Assembly (NCBI GenBank): GCA_003599635.1
Contig: QZIX01000009.1
Coordinates: forward strand, 66,065-130,064
From: Candidatus Parcubacteria bacterium
Lineage (GTDB): Bacteria; Patescibacteriota; Patescibacteriia; Buchananbacterales; SURF-54
Direction: 5' to 3'
Length of the DNA: 64,000 bases
Every line of letters begins with the position of its first letter. The first letter of the stretch is position 1. Positions 49,238 to 62,400 of this stretch are shown one piece after another. Position numbers and translations under genes: made by a program. The notes beneath the pieces were generated by a model. That model was not told where the DNA came from and searched no databases. It saw nothing but the letters and a program-made list of their open reading frames with translations.

Positions 49238-50071
49238 ATGATAAGCGCAATAATTCCTTGCTTTAATTGTATCCGTTCCCTGGACAAGACAATTGCATCC
49301 CTTATGAAGGCAAATGTTAAGTTAGAAATTTTTATTATTGACGATGGATCCTCTGACGCTTCGGCTGATTTTGCCAGAAAAAAATATCCCGGCATAAAAC
49401 TTCTGATCAACGAAAAAAACAGAGGACGCGCATTTTCGCGCAACAGGGGAATGGCGGCTGCAGGAAATAATGTTATGTTATTTATCGATTCTGATGTCTG
49501 GCCGGGTAATGGTTGCCTGGAACAATTATATGAAAATATATCCGATAATGATATCGTTTATCCGAAACTGGCTTACGAGGATGGAGCCGTTAAACATCCC
49601 AAAGATGACAATAGCAGTTATCCTTATGATGCCGGCTGTTTTATGATAAAAATGCCGGACGGAAAAGACGTTAAATTTGATGAGAATTTTAAATATCTTG
49701 AAGACCAGGATTTTTTCATCAGATGTCATTTAAATAATTTTAAGGCAAAATATGTCAGGTCGGCCGTGGCTTTTCACTCTAACAGACAAACGACAAGCAG
49801 CGGCAGTGAAAAATTTTATCAGGAAATGTGCGATATTGTATATGGTATGAATAAATACCGCGGGAAAAAAATAAAACCGGTCCACAATTTCAGCCGAGTC
49901 AATCTGGTTAAAGGTCTGGTTGCAGCTATTTTCAATTATAACTATTTTTTTTACGGCCCCAGCGCTTCGGTATTAAAAAAAATCAGCCGGCTTTTTTTAA
50001 AACACAAAAAATTTGAAATTAGCAATTTCAAGATGTTGAGGCTGTATTTTAAGGCTTTGAAAAATTTATGA
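49238..50071 (+). CDS. Glycosyltransferase family 2 (polyprenyl-phosphate sugar synthase-like)
   Basis: IIPCFNCIRSLDKTIASL ... FIIDDGSSD ... DSD motifs of GT-A fold. Confidence 0.8.
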   Translation: MISAIIPCFNCIRSLDKTIASLMKANVKLEIFIIDDGSSDASADFARKKYPGIKLLINEKNRGRAFSRNRGMAAAGNNVMLFIDSDVWPGNGCLEQLYENISDNDIVYPKLAYEDGAVKHPKDDNSSYPYDAGCFMIKMPDGKDVKFDENFKYLEDQDFFIRCHLNNFKAKYVRSAVAFHSNRQTTSSGSEKFYQEMCDIVYGMNKYRGKKIKPVHNFSRVNLVKGLVAAIFNYNYFFYGPSASVLKKISRLFLKHKKFEISNFKMLRLYFKALKNL

Positions 50072-50841
50072 TAAAAATACTGGATTTTGCAAAATTGATA
50101 CGTTTTAACGAATGGCTGGACAAATTATGGCTGTTAATCATCTCTTTGGTTGTTTTGCTTATGGCCACCGGAAAAAATTTTTATTTTGAAGCTGTGGCTC
50201 AGGCTGCCTATCTTTTTTTTCTTCTGGCTTTCGGATTTTTGCTCAATTCAGTCTTTGAAAAGGATATTGACCTTGCCGTCGGCAAGAACCGGCATCTTGA
50301 TCTTTTTACGCCCGGACAGATAAAATTATTTATCCTTTCATTTTTACTGATCGTTTCGCTTTTGCCTTTGTTTTTTAATAACGGCTTGGCGCAGTTATAT
50401 AATTTAATGATGATAATTCTGGCTGTTTTTTATTCGATGCCGCCCCTTTATTTTAAAAACAAACCGGTTTTAGGCATTTTGGTTCCATCATTTCTGCAGG
50501 GGCCTTCAACACTGCTGTTTTTAAGCGTTAGTGACATAAATACTGTTTATCTGGGTCTTATTGGGGCAATAGTTCTGGCCGTTAACATCTATATGCAATT
50601 GATTCATCAGGTGAGAGACTTTGAAAACGACAAAAAAATGAATCTGAAAACTTTCGCCGTTTTTTTTGGTTCTGAAACGACCTATTTTATGATAAGATTG
50701 TTTATAATCATAGTGGTTTTTTTATTGCTGGCGATTTTTTTCCTGTTTGATGATTTTTTCTTTTCATTATTTGCCGTCCTGATCTACCTGATTTTTCTGA
50801 TCCCGTCTTTGGCCAGTCATTTTCAGCTTAAAAAATTATGA
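50068..50841 (+). CDS. UbiA-family prenyltransferase
   Basis: Seven or eight TM helices; Asp-rich motifs NSVFEKDIDLA (cf. NDxxDxxxD) and VRDFEND. Confidence 0.55.
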   Translation: MIKILDFAKLIRFNEWLDKLWLLIISLVVLLMATGKNFYFEAVAQAAYLFFLLAFGFLLNSVFEKDIDLAVGKNRHLDLFTPGQIKLFILSFLLIVSLLPLFFNNGLAQLYNLMMIILAVFYSMPPLYFKNKPVLGILVPSFLQGPSTLLFLSVSDINTVYLGLIGAIVLAVNIYMQLIHQVRDFENDKKMNLKTFAVFFGSETTYFMIRLFIIIVVFLLLAIFFLFDDFFFSLFAVLIYLIFLIPSLASHFQLKKL

Positions 50842-51866
50842 TCGTTAATTTTTTAAAAAATTTATTTGGCATAATTCACTATAACAACAAAATAGATTTT
50901 TTTATTTACAAAAAATTGCGTTCATATTTGCCGAAAAATCAATATCCCAGGCCGCCCAAATCTATAGCCATCGACCCTTGTTCGGTCTGCAATTTAAGTT
51001 GCCCTGCCTGCGTCGCCTGCAAATCCACTCCCGGCTTTGTTTCGGCTAAGCTGAGTTTTGACAAATTTAAATTAATGCTTGACAAAATGCCTTTCGCCAG
51101 GAAGTTGTTGTTGTGCAATTGGGGAGAGCCTTTTTTAAATGATGATATTTTTAAAATGATAAGGTATGCCAAGACAAAAAAATTGTATGTTTCTTTATAC
51201 AGCAATCTTAATATTAAAAAGAACGACTGTTTTTATACTGAGCTTGCGTTGTCGGGACTTGATGATCTTTTAATTTCCATTGACGGTATCACCCAGGAAA
51301 ATTATGAAAAATTCAGGGCCGGCGGGAATTTGTCGTTGGTTTTTGAAAATATAAAAAAAATAAATGCCGCCAAGGAAAAAAAATCATCCAGTCTGCCGAA
51401 ACTTTACTGGCATTTAACCATCAACAAATATAATGAAAAAGAAATTACTCAAGCCGCGGCCAAGGCCGAAGAACTGAAAATGCAGTTTATGCCCAACTAC
51501 ATTATTTTGTATCATCGGGTAATACCGATAGATGAATCTGAAATGGCCGAAAAAAACAGCTACTGGCTGCCGGCAAAAAATAAAAATTATTATCATTGGC
51601 AGAAAAACAAACCTTACCGGCTGGATTATCCCTGCCAGAATCTTTTTTTAACAGTTTTTTTTGATCCTGAAGGCAACTGCTTTCCCTGCCGTTATCTTTC
51701 CGATGTCAAAGATTCATTCGGCAATATTTTAAGAGAGGATTTTTTTGACATCTGGTACGGAAAAAAATTTCTTTCTGCCCGAAGTCTGTTTTTGAAGAAT
51801 AAAACATTGCCCGTCAATAAAGCTGCTACTATTTGTGACAGCTGCGTCATGCATAAAAAATATTGA
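50838..51866 (+). CDS. Radical SAM protein with C-terminal SPASM/twitch-like Cys cluster
   Basis: CNLSCPAC (Cx3Cx2C) near the N-terminus; C-terminal CQNLF...GNCFPCRYL...ICDSCVMH. Confidence 0.7.
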   Translation: MIVNFLKNLFGIIHYNNKIDFFIYKKLRSYLPKNQYPRPPKSIAIDPCSVCNLSCPACVACKSTPGFVSAKLSFDKFKLMLDKMPFARKLLLCNWGEPFLNDDIFKMIRYAKTKKLYVSLYSNLNIKKNDCFYTELALSGLDDLLISIDGITQENYEKFRAGGNLSLVFENIKKINAAKEKKSSSLPKLYWHLTINKYNEKEITQAAAKAEELKMQFMPNYIILYHRVIPIDESEMAEKNSYWLPAKNKNYYHWQKNKPYRLDYPCQNLFLTVFFDPEGNCFPCRYLSDVKDSFGNILREDFFDIWYGKKFLSARSLFLKNKTLPVNKAATICDSCVMHKKY

Positions 51867-51882
51867 ATTAATATATGGCATA

Positions 51883-53166
51883 ATGAATAAAAACAGCAGA
51901 AAATACAGGATTCTTCTGATAAATCCTTATCAGGACATGCGCAGCTGGATTATGTACAAGGAAAGGAATTTACTTTCCCTTTCTTTTACTACCAGAACGA
52001 TAAAAGCGATTACGCCGGATGATTTTGAAGTTAAGCTAATAGATCAATGTGTTGAAGATATTGATTTTGACGCAGATGTGGATTTAGTCGGCGTGACATC
52101 ACTGACACACAACTCTTATCGCGCTTATAAAGTTGCCGAAGAGTTTAAAAAAAGAAACAAGCCCGTGGTTATGGGGGGTTATCATGCGACTTTCCTTCCA
52201 GAGGAGGCGAAAAAATGCGTAGACAGCGTTGTTATTGGTGAAGCGGAAAATGTCTGGCCGGAACTGTTGAATGATTTTAAAAACGGCAAGTTAAAGGCTT
52301 TTTATAAAAGTAACCTGCCTGCGGAATTGCAGGGCCTGCCTATCGCTGCAAAAGAAAAATATTACGGGAGTAAATACGGGAGTTTTAGCATGCCTTATCC
52401 TATGCATGCTTCCAGGGGCTGCACCAACGGCTGTTCTTATTGTTCGATTAACCGCTTTTACAACCGTACAATAAGGTATCGCCCGATCATTGAAATAATT
52501 GATGAGATAAAAAAAACAGGGTATAAATTCATTGCTTTTATGGATGATAATTTAATTCTTGACGCCAAATATGCCAAAGAATTTTTTGCCGCTTTAAAGC
52601 CGTTGAATATAAAATGGACAATGCAAACTTCAATTCTGATTGCCGAGCATGAGGAGCTTTTAAAACTGGCTGCGGAAAGCGGGTGTTTCTGCTTTTACAT
52701 AGGAGTTGAAAGTATCAACCAGCTTAGCCTTGATTCAGTAGACAAAAAAATTAACCGGGCAGAAAAATTCCTCGCCGCTTTTAAAAAAATAAAAGAATAC
52801 GAAATTAGCATTGTACTTTTGATAATCTTCGGCTTTGACGGTGATACTAAAAGCGTTTTTAATCAGACTCTGGATTTTTTAAAGGAAGCCGGAGTTTTAA
52901 ATGCCGAATTCAGCATGCTGGTGCCTTTTCCCGGGACTTTGTTGTATAAAAAATTAAAAAAAGAAAATCGTATATTAAGTTATGACTGGAAAAATTACAA
53001 TCCCGGCTGGCATTGCGTCTTTCAGCCAAAAAATATGGAGCCGCATGAATTAGAAGCGGGTTTTAAAAAAGTTTTGATTAAATATAATACTCCCTTTTGG
53101 GTTTTAAAAAGGTTAATTGCCGGCGGTAAAAAAATTTTTTTAACAATGCCCGGATACTATTTATAA
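51883..53166 (+). CDS. B12-binding-domain radical SAM protein
   Basis: N-terminal Rossmann-like B12-binding region (RILLINPY...VVMGGYHATF) and rSAM motif CTNGCSYC; an alternative start at 51835 overlaps the preceding gene. Confidence 0.75.
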   Translation: MNKNSRKYRILLINPYQDMRSWIMYKERNLLSLSFTTRTIKAITPDDFEVKLIDQCVEDIDFDADVDLVGVTSLTHNSYRAYKVAEEFKKRNKPVVMGGYHATFLPEEAKKCVDSVVIGEAENVWPELLNDFKNGKLKAFYKSNLPAELQGLPIAAKEKYYGSKYGSFSMPYPMHASRGCTNGCSYCSINRFYNRTIRYRPIIEIIDEIKKTGYKFIAFMDDNLILDAKYAKEFFAALKPLNIKWTMQTSILIAEHEELLKLAAESGCFCFYIGVESINQLSLDSVDKKINRAEKFLAAFKKIKEYEISIVLLIIFGFDGDTKSVFNQTLDFLKEAGVLNAEFSMLVPFPGTLLYKKLKKENRILSYDWKNYNPGWHCVFQPKNMEPHELEAGFKKVLIKYNTPFWVLKRLIAGGKKIFLTMPGYYL

Positions 53167-53420
53167 ATATTCGGTATGTAAATTATTTTACTGTGCCCGT
53201 AATTGTTGTCTGTTATAACATCAGAGAAAAACTTAAGAATGTTTTTAGTAAAATCGTCATTTTCTATCAAAAAATTCAGGAATTCAGGAATAATTAAAAA
53301 AGTTATCCACATCCTAAGCAGATCTCAATTTTTTTCTTTTATATTTGATATAACTGGCAATTTATGTCATACTTAATGTGCAAAATGGTAACTGTGATTG
53401 AATAAAAAAGTCTAAAAACT

Positions 53421-56400
53421 TTGATGTTTTATAGTGAGCAAGACACAATGAAAATAAGGAAAACAAAAAGAAAATTTAAAAAAAGAGATTTTTTGATTTT
53501 AAGATCTGAAAAAAACCAAAGAAGAGAGCTAAACGACTTTTCGGGAAAAGAAAAGAACATAGACCATTTTTACACTAGAAATTCCCGCTTTACTTCCCCT
53601 TTGCCTCCGGCTAAATACGGATTCGGCCCTCTTTTAAGAAAATTGGAAAAGAAATTGATATTAAACCCTTACAGCGCGGTATTTTATTTTTTGTTAATTT
53701 TTGTACTGGTTCAGGGAACTTTCCCTGTTTTTTCTTTTCAATTCAAAAACAAGGTCTGGCAGACAGCTGCAGACTGGCAGGAATGGCAGGTTGATAATTT
53801 GTCAATTACTGAAAATGGTAATTTGGTTCTGGCTCAGTATGTTGAAGATGAGCCAGATATCGAAGTTTTATCTGAAAATAATGATATTGCCGGAGATATT
53901 CAAATTGAAGACGGTCAGATTTTTCCCTCGGGTGATGAATCCTTAGAAGATGATGAAACAGGCAGTATGGGAGAGCAAATTAGCGAGGATGAAGATAGCG
54001 CCGGTGATGATTTAGATGATGATCCAGGAGCCGAAACGGAAGATATTCTGTCCGATTTACAGCAGGAATCGCCGGACGAACAGAGTCCAGACGAAGAATC
54101 GCCGGACGAACAGGCTCCGGACGAGGAAATTACTCAAGACGAAGAAACCGCTCCGGACGAGGAAACTGTTCCTGATGAGGAATCTGATATACAAAACGGC
54201 CAGACCGATTATATTTTGGGCGAGTCTTCCGGCGACGGACTGACCGAGACCGAAAATGACGATATACAAAATAATCCGCTGCCTGATGATTTGGCAAACC
54301 AACCGGATGAAGCAGCTGATGATAATTCAGAGGAGATTCAGGATTTATCGCAAATAATGGATGATTTATCAGTGGAAAAAAATGATACGCCAGAAGATGA
54401 TTCTGAATCCGAAAACTCCGCCGGAGATATTTCAGAAATTATCGAAGACGGAGTAGGTGGCCCTGAAATTTCTCTGGACTACGACGATGAAATTTTAGTG
54501 GAGCCGCCCAAACAACCGGCGCAATTATATCAGATTCAGGGTTCGGCTCAAATCTATTACGAACCGGAGCAGGGAATAAATCAGGTCTGGAAAGATTATA
54601 AGGCAAAAATAAAAGGTTCAGACGAAGAAAACCGGGTGGATTTTACCTTTTCTGCCGACAATGTTTTTTACACCCAGGATATGTCGCAACTGCCCGTCAG
54701 TCCGGGAATTTACATCAGGGCGAATTTTTTTGGCACCGGCCAAAAAACACCTTTATTAGGTTCGTTTAAAATTTTTTATCGGGATGAAAATTCAGACGAA
54801 GCACCCGCTGAAGAAAATCTTAATTTAACCGGCCAGGAAAAAAAGAAGTTTGACCGTTTCAGTTCAAAAAAATTAAATAATGTCCAGCTGTCGCCGGAAA
54901 AAAAGCAGCAAAGAAAGGCAAAACTGACTAATAAAAAAGTCGCTCCGGAAGAAGTAATTGAAAAACGAAACCTGTTTTCCCGTTCTTTTGCCGTCAAGCA
55001 GGGCAGCAGAAAGTTCAATAAAGGAAAGGTAAAAACCAAGCTGAATGATTCCAGTTTCAGAACGGAAATTTTCCGCTACCCGGTTAATTATCAGGATGAA
55101 GAAGGCGCCTGGCAGATAATTGAAAACGATTTTGAACAAATTGACCTAAAAGATTTGGACGGAAAACTAGATTCTGGGCAGGAACAAGATTCTGATTCCC
55201 AGACAGATTCAAATTCAGAAAGCAGCCAGAATAATGACAATGATTCCGAAACGGCAAACGAAAGTGAAGAAAATGCCGAGTCGGAAGCGGATTTTATTTT
55301 TGCCACGCTTGACAACAACTGGCAGACCTTTTTTCCCAATCTTGCCTCACAACCTCACCGCATACAGTATCAGGACAGGATAATCGAATACAGGATAGTC
55401 GGCGCTGATCAAAATTCCGTCGCCCGGGTTGAAAGCAATAAAATAACTTATCCGGAAGTTTTTGAAAATGTTGACTTTGTTTATACAATCGACAATGAAA
55501 GAGTCAAGGAAGATATCATAGTCAAATCTCCTGTAGAGCTGGATATTTCATATCAGATGAATGTTGCCAACGTTTATTTTGTCAGGGCAGAAGACGGCAG
55601 CATAAATTTTTACGACCAAACCACCGATGATAAGATATTTTCTCTGCAAAAGCCGTATGTTACCGATTTTATCGGCCAGAAAGCTGACCTGGATTTAGAA
55701 GTGGAAAAGGCGGGAGAAAACAGCTACCTGATAAGGTTGTTAAATACGACCGGCGTTGAACTTGATGACCCCCGAATTGTCTATCCGATAATTATCGACC
55801 CGACAACAACGATTTATGCTGCCGGAACCAATATTTATGTTGACGGTGACGTTTGGACAAATGGTACCGGATCTTATACGTATTTTGATGTCACATTAGC
55901 CGCTGCCAGATCGGGATTTTATGGAACTAATCAGTACCGTTCTTTTTTTGATTTTGATACATCGGGAATTGACGATGACGTTACGATTACTGATGTTGTT
56001 TTAAAAGTCTATGTCGCTGCAACGGCCGGAGGCACACTATCTGTCAATGCCATGGCTCAACAGGTAGGTTTCACTTCGTCAACTCCAGTAGTAGTTTATA
56101 CTGATGCCGGTGACGGCACAGTCTATTACACCGGCACACCCACAGCGTCGGCTTATAATAATCTGGACCTGGGAACCACGGCTGATTCTGACCTGCAAAC
56201 CAACCTTGCCAGTAATTGGTTTGGAGTCGGCGCAACAACGACTACCGGTTTGACCAGTATAAACACCAGCGGTATGGCCAGCAATAAGCCCTATCTTGAC
56301 GTTGCCTGGACTTATACTGATTGCGTTGATTTAACTATCGGCGAAGACACATCTTTGGCAGAAGATTTAACCTGTACCGGCACTATAACCGTAAACAACG

Positions 56401-59400
56401 GCGCCACTCTGACCGTTTCCGGCGCCAGAACCATAACTGCTAATGCCTTAACGCTTGACAACGGCGACATAACTAACAGCGGCTCAGGCGAACAGTCAAC
56501 TACAACCCTGGCAATCACCAGTGCCATTACCTTGTCCAATAGTTCTGATATAACCTCCAATTTAAATGTTACGGCGGCAACTCTGACTTTAAATTCAGGC
56601 ACGACAATTTCAGCCAATTCCAAGGGTTACCCTTCCAATACTGGGCCCGGAACCAGGGGTACTGGCGCGGGCGGCGGTTACGGCGGCAAGGGCGGAGCCA
56701 CGGGATCAGCTACCGCAGGCAGCATGTGGGGAAAATCCTCTGATCCGGAAAATTTAGGTTCAGGCGGCGGCCTGGGATCGGCAGGTCTTCTCGGTGGAGT
56801 CGGAGGCGGTTTGATTATTATGGATATTTCGGGAACTTTTACTTTATCGGGAACTGTTTCCGCCAATGGTGGTAATGGCGCAACTTTCGGCAGTGCAACC
56901 GGCGGCGGCGGCGGTTCTGGCGGCGGCATAAATATTACAGCCGGCACCTTGGAAGGCGATGGAACAATTACCGCCAACGGCGGCAATGGCGGAGCCAGCA
57001 CAAATTTTGCCGGCAGCGGCGGCGGCGGCGGCAGAATTTTTGTAAATTATGACACTTCAACTTTTAGTAATGAAACCGGCGCCACGACAAACGGCGGGAC
57101 AGGCGGCGGCGGCGGCGGTACTAACGGCAGCACGGGCGAAGACGGCACAATCGGCTTTTTTGATGCAACTAGTAACGACATTAACATTTACGAGGGCTGG
57201 CAGTGGCAGGAAGGCGAGGACCTTGATTTCAGGAATGTCACAATCGCCAACGCGCCAAAAATAAGGACTACATCGACAGCCGATATTACTTTGACCGGTA
57301 ATCTGACAGTTTCCACTTCCACCTGGGAAATTTATTCCGGCCTTTATCCCGAAATTAAAGCCGATAATTTAAGAATAAATAACAGCGACATAACCAATAA
57401 CGGCACGGGTGAAAAATCCACAACCACTTTAAATATTACCAATGATATTACTATTTCCACTAATTCCACCACCACTTCCAATTTGGATATTACCGCCGCT
57501 TCCATGACCATTGAAGACACGGTACATCTTATTGCTGATGGTCTGGGTTACAATTCCGAAGCAGGATTAGGTGCCGGCACATCAGGTAGCGGCGGCGGTT
57601 ATGGCGCAGCTGGCGGCGCATCTGGTGACGGTGACGCCGGAGGCACTACTTACGGAGAAGCAGCTACCCCGACATTTTTGGGTTCCGGTGGCAGTAATGG
57701 CACTGTTTTAGGCGGTTACGGAGGCGGAGGCGGCGGCATGATTTATATTAAGGTGACTGGTAGTTTTATTCATAACGGAACAATTAGCAGCAAAGGCAAT
57801 GATGGCACAGCTTCAACAGCCGATGGCGGAGGAGGCGGTTCGGGAGGCACAGTCTTTATAAAAACCGGCGATACAATGTTGGGAGCCGGCAATATTTTTG
57901 CCAGAGGCGGTTCGGGAGGAAGCAGCAGCGGCGCCCAGGGCGGAGGCGGCGGAGGCGGCGGGCGCATTGCCACCCGTCAGTGTACTAACAGTTTTACCGG
58001 CACCAAATCCGCAACCGGCGGGGCGGGCGGCAGTCCTTCGGGCGTAGCCGGTTCAGATGCCGATGTCAACAATAACGATACTTTCTGTCCGCCCTCAAGC
58101 AATTTTAATTCTGCCTCGCAAAAATCAGACGGTTCCGGGGATGCTGATTTGTCTTTTACGGTTGATGATCAGGACGATTCTAACGTCAAAATGAAAATTG
58201 AATATACTTCAGACGCCAATTGTGAAACCGGCTGGTCAGACCCTACTTTAGTCGGTCCTGTAAGCGTCGCTTACGGCTCTGCGCCGGATTTGGACAATGG
58301 CAACGCCTATCAGGTAGGAACTGTAACCGGCGTATCAACAAGTTCGGGCGTCAATGATCCGGTGCAGTTTGACTGGGATTCTGATACAGATTTGCCGGCC
58401 GGCAATGTCACATATTGCCTGCGCGTTACCGGAAATGACGGCACTGACGACCAGATAAGACCGAGTACCATAACCTTAACCGTCGACAACGTAAATCCGA
58501 CTGTTAGCAGTCTGGCAATATCCACTCCGGCAGCGGCCGATTACAACGACGGCGTTGATGACTGGTATGACCAGGGACAATACGCCCAGATGGCGTTTAC
58601 TTCAACGCCGGCTGATACGAATTTGTCATCCTGCGACTGGACCTGGAACCACAGCGACGGCACAAGCTATGACTATTCGGACACCAACGTTGAAATCGGC
58701 ACGGACGGCGATATTACCACCGCCAATATGTCTGACGGCGTCATTGACCTTTCCGATGACACCGACGGCACGGTCACTTTAACCGTTACCTGTTCGGACA
58801 GTTACGGCAATTCCGGCAACAGTAATATCTCCTTCAAGTTTGACAATACTTCAGCTTCCGGGCTTGCCGACCTTGCTGTTAATGCCATTGACGATACCAC
58901 TGCTACCCTGGGCTGGACAGCTGCGTCCAGTGTCAGCAATTTCGATCATTATGAAATCTGGTACGGCACCAATGAAACCGATGTTGCCAACAGAAACGGC
59001 ACGGCCGCCGAATGGGACAATGACGATGACGGTAATTTAACCACTATTTCCACGACTTCCACGACCATAACCGGACTGACCACAGGACAAACTTATTACT
59101 TTAAAATCTGGGCCGCTGATGAGGCTAGTTTAAATAATGAGGCAACTGCCACGGGAACTTCCGGATATACGTCAAGCAATACTGCTCCCACAGGCGTTTT
59201 TACCGTCAGCTCCTTGCCAACACAAAAAACAGACGGCTCGGGCTATGTTGACATTTCCATAACAGTTGATGATGCCGATGACAATGATACCATGGCCAAA
59301 ATTGAATATGACACTGACGGCACCTGCGACGGCCCCTGGCTTGACCCGACTATTTTAGGTTTGGCAACAGCCACTTATTCTGATTCAGGCGGCGTGCCTG

Positions 59401-62400
59401 ATGTAAATAATGCTAATGACTATCAGATAGGCACCACAGCCAGTACAAGAATAATCACATCATCCGGAGCCAATACTGTTACGTTTGACTGGGATTCAAA
59501 AACTGACCAGGCATCTGCTGACGGCACTTACTGTTTACGGCTGACAGTTAACGACGATACCGCAGATCAGGCAGTACCCGCAACTCAAACAGTTACAGTT
59601 GACAATGTCAATCCAACTGTCAGCAGCCTTGCTATATCCACTCCCGCTGCTGCGGATTATAACGACGGCGCTGATGACTGGTATGACCAGGGCGACTATG
59701 CCCAGATGGCTTTTTCTTCAACGCCGGCTGACACCAATCTTTCTTCCTGCGATTGGACATGGAACCACAGTGACGGTGCCAGTTACGATTACTCGGATAC
59801 CAACTTTGAAATCGGGACAGACGGCGATATTTCTGCGGCTAATATGGTTTCCGGCGGCATAGATTTGTCGGATGACGCTGACGGCACGGTAACTTTGACT
59901 GTGACTTGCGCTGACGCTTATGGCAATTCCGGCAATACCAATATTTCCTTTAAGTTTGACAATACGGCGCCGACAGGTTTAGCCGGGCTGGCAGCCGCAG
60001 CCGACGGCGACACTGCTGTTGACTTGACCTGGACTGCTGCGGCGGAAAGTAACTTTGGCCATTATGAAATCTGGTATGGCACAAATCAAAGCGACGTTAA
60101 CGGCAGGTCGGGAACAGCAACGGAGTGGGATAATTCCGACGATGCCGCATTGGCAACTGCGGCCACTGTTACGACAAATATTTCCGGCCTTAATAATTCC
60201 TCAACCTATTATTTTAAAATATGGGCTGTTGATGATTTAGTAAATGAAGCCACTTTGGATTCAATAAGTTTTGCCTTTTCGGTTTGCGGCGATGGCGTGG
60301 CTGAAGGATCTGAACAATGCGATGCCAGCGACCTTAACAGCCAAAGTTGTGAGACTCTGGGGCAGGGATTTATAGGAGGCACCTTAGCCTGTTCGGGTTC
60401 GTGCACCTATGATACTACTGGTTGTACCAGTTCACAGGGGTGTACTACCTGCGGTAACGACGACAACGATGATGACACTGCTTTTGTCATAAGCAGCGTG
60501 GAGGTAGGGCAAATAACTGGCAGCTCGGCCCAAATTTCGTGGCTGACGAATATAGACTCTGATTCTTATGTTTACTACGGTTTGACGCCGGCTTATGAAT
60601 TAGGTTTTTATTATATAAACGAGCTGACGCAAAATCATTCAGTAACACTTGGCGATTTACAGCCAACTACGACATATTACTACAAAGTTTATTCAGTGGC
60701 CGGGAGCGATTCTGACGAATCAAACGGATCTGTTTTTGCCACTGCCCAATGTTCAGCAGGTGAACATTTAATCTGCGGCCAGACCGAAGTCGGCTTATGC
60801 ACATTCGGCTGGCGTGACTGCGTGAGCGGTTACTGGGGGGAATGCAGCGCTGTTTTACCCGCTGCTGAAATCTGCGGCAGCGGAGAGGATGAAGATTGCG
60901 ACGGTTTTATTGATCTGGATGACAGCGATTGTGCTTGCATTTCAGGCACAATTGAAACTTGCGGTGAAACTGATATCGGCTTGTGCGAATTCGGGCAAAG
61001 AACCTGCCAGGACGGCCAGTGGGGGGAATGCAGCGCTGTTTTACCCGCTGCTGAAATCTGCGGCAACGGAGAGGATGAAGATTGCGACGGCCTTTCTGAC
61101 GAAGGCTGCCCTGTCTGTGTACCCGGTAGCTTGCAGGAGTGTGGGTTAACGGATGTTGGCGAATGCGCCATGGGCATAAGGTATTGCGGTGAAGATGGTA
61201 TCTGGGGTCTTGATTGCGTTAACGCTGTTTACCCTGTTCCTGAAGTCTGCGATGATTTTAAAGATAATGATTGTGACGGTTTTATAGATATTGAAGATGA
61301 TGAATGCGAGGTTTGCAGTCCTGGCAGTATAACTGAATGTGGAACTGATATTGGCATCTGTAGGCAAGGCGAAAGGACCTGCCAGGAAAACGGTGTTTGG
61401 GGTGTTTGTTACGGTGCCATTTATCCTGCTGAAGAAGTCTGTAATGATGAGATGGATAATGATTGCGACGGGGACACGGATGAAAATTGCTGCCAGCCGG
61501 TCTGGCAGTGTTATGACTGGTCGGAATGTAAAGACAATCGGCAGGTCAGGATCTGTATTGACATAAATAGCTGTGGAGTTTCCGAAGGCATGCCGGAAAC
61601 AATCAGAGACTGCGATGTTTGCACCCCCAACTGGACCTGCGGCTGGTCCGGCGAATGCATCGGCGGTGTGGAAGATTTGGTTTGCGTTGATTTAAACGAA
61701 TGCAATAAGCAGGAAGAAGCGCCTGTGGACCACCGTGCCTGCAGCGTCTGCGGCGACGGCACCTGCGAATTGGAAGAAACTTACGATAATTGCAACATAG
61801 ACTGTCCCCAGCAGGAATGTAAAATTTCCTGCCCAAACTCGTGCTACACTGTTGATGCCGGAGAATGTACCTGCATAGTCCAAAGTGCCTGCTGCGGTAA
61901 TCTGGTGTGCGAAGAAAACGAAAATTATAATACCTGCCCGGATGACTGCACTGTAAAGCAAAAAGAGTGCGGCGATGGCATTGACAATGATAATGACGGA
62001 AGGATTGATTTTCCCGAAGATGAGGGGTGTTCAGATGACAAGGATGGCAGCGAGGCCAGCTTTAAAGAGATGATTTTAAATGCCGGTGATAAATCCAAAG
62101 ATTTAATTGGTTTTTCCGGCGCTATTTTAAACGCTGCTAAAAATGCCTTAAAGCCTGTTCAAAATTTTACAGATAATCCTGAAGTGGAAAAAGTGTCAGA
62201 ACGAGTGGTTGCACCCGCGGCCGTGGCCTTGGGCAGCGCTGCTGCCATGTCAGCTGTGAATTTCACCAGCGTATTGGCTTATCTCCAGTATGTCATAACC
62301 CAGCCCTTTTATCTGTTTGCCAGAAGGCGCCGCAAAAAATGGGGGGTGGTTTATAATTCAGTAACAAAAAAACCTGTTGATTTGGCGATTGTCCGCCTTT

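Noticed and set aside
53701-61961. About 25 short ORFs on both strands inside the giant gene
   Set aside because: They all nest in a single uninterrupted 9.7-kb reading frame with coherent domain and repeat structure.
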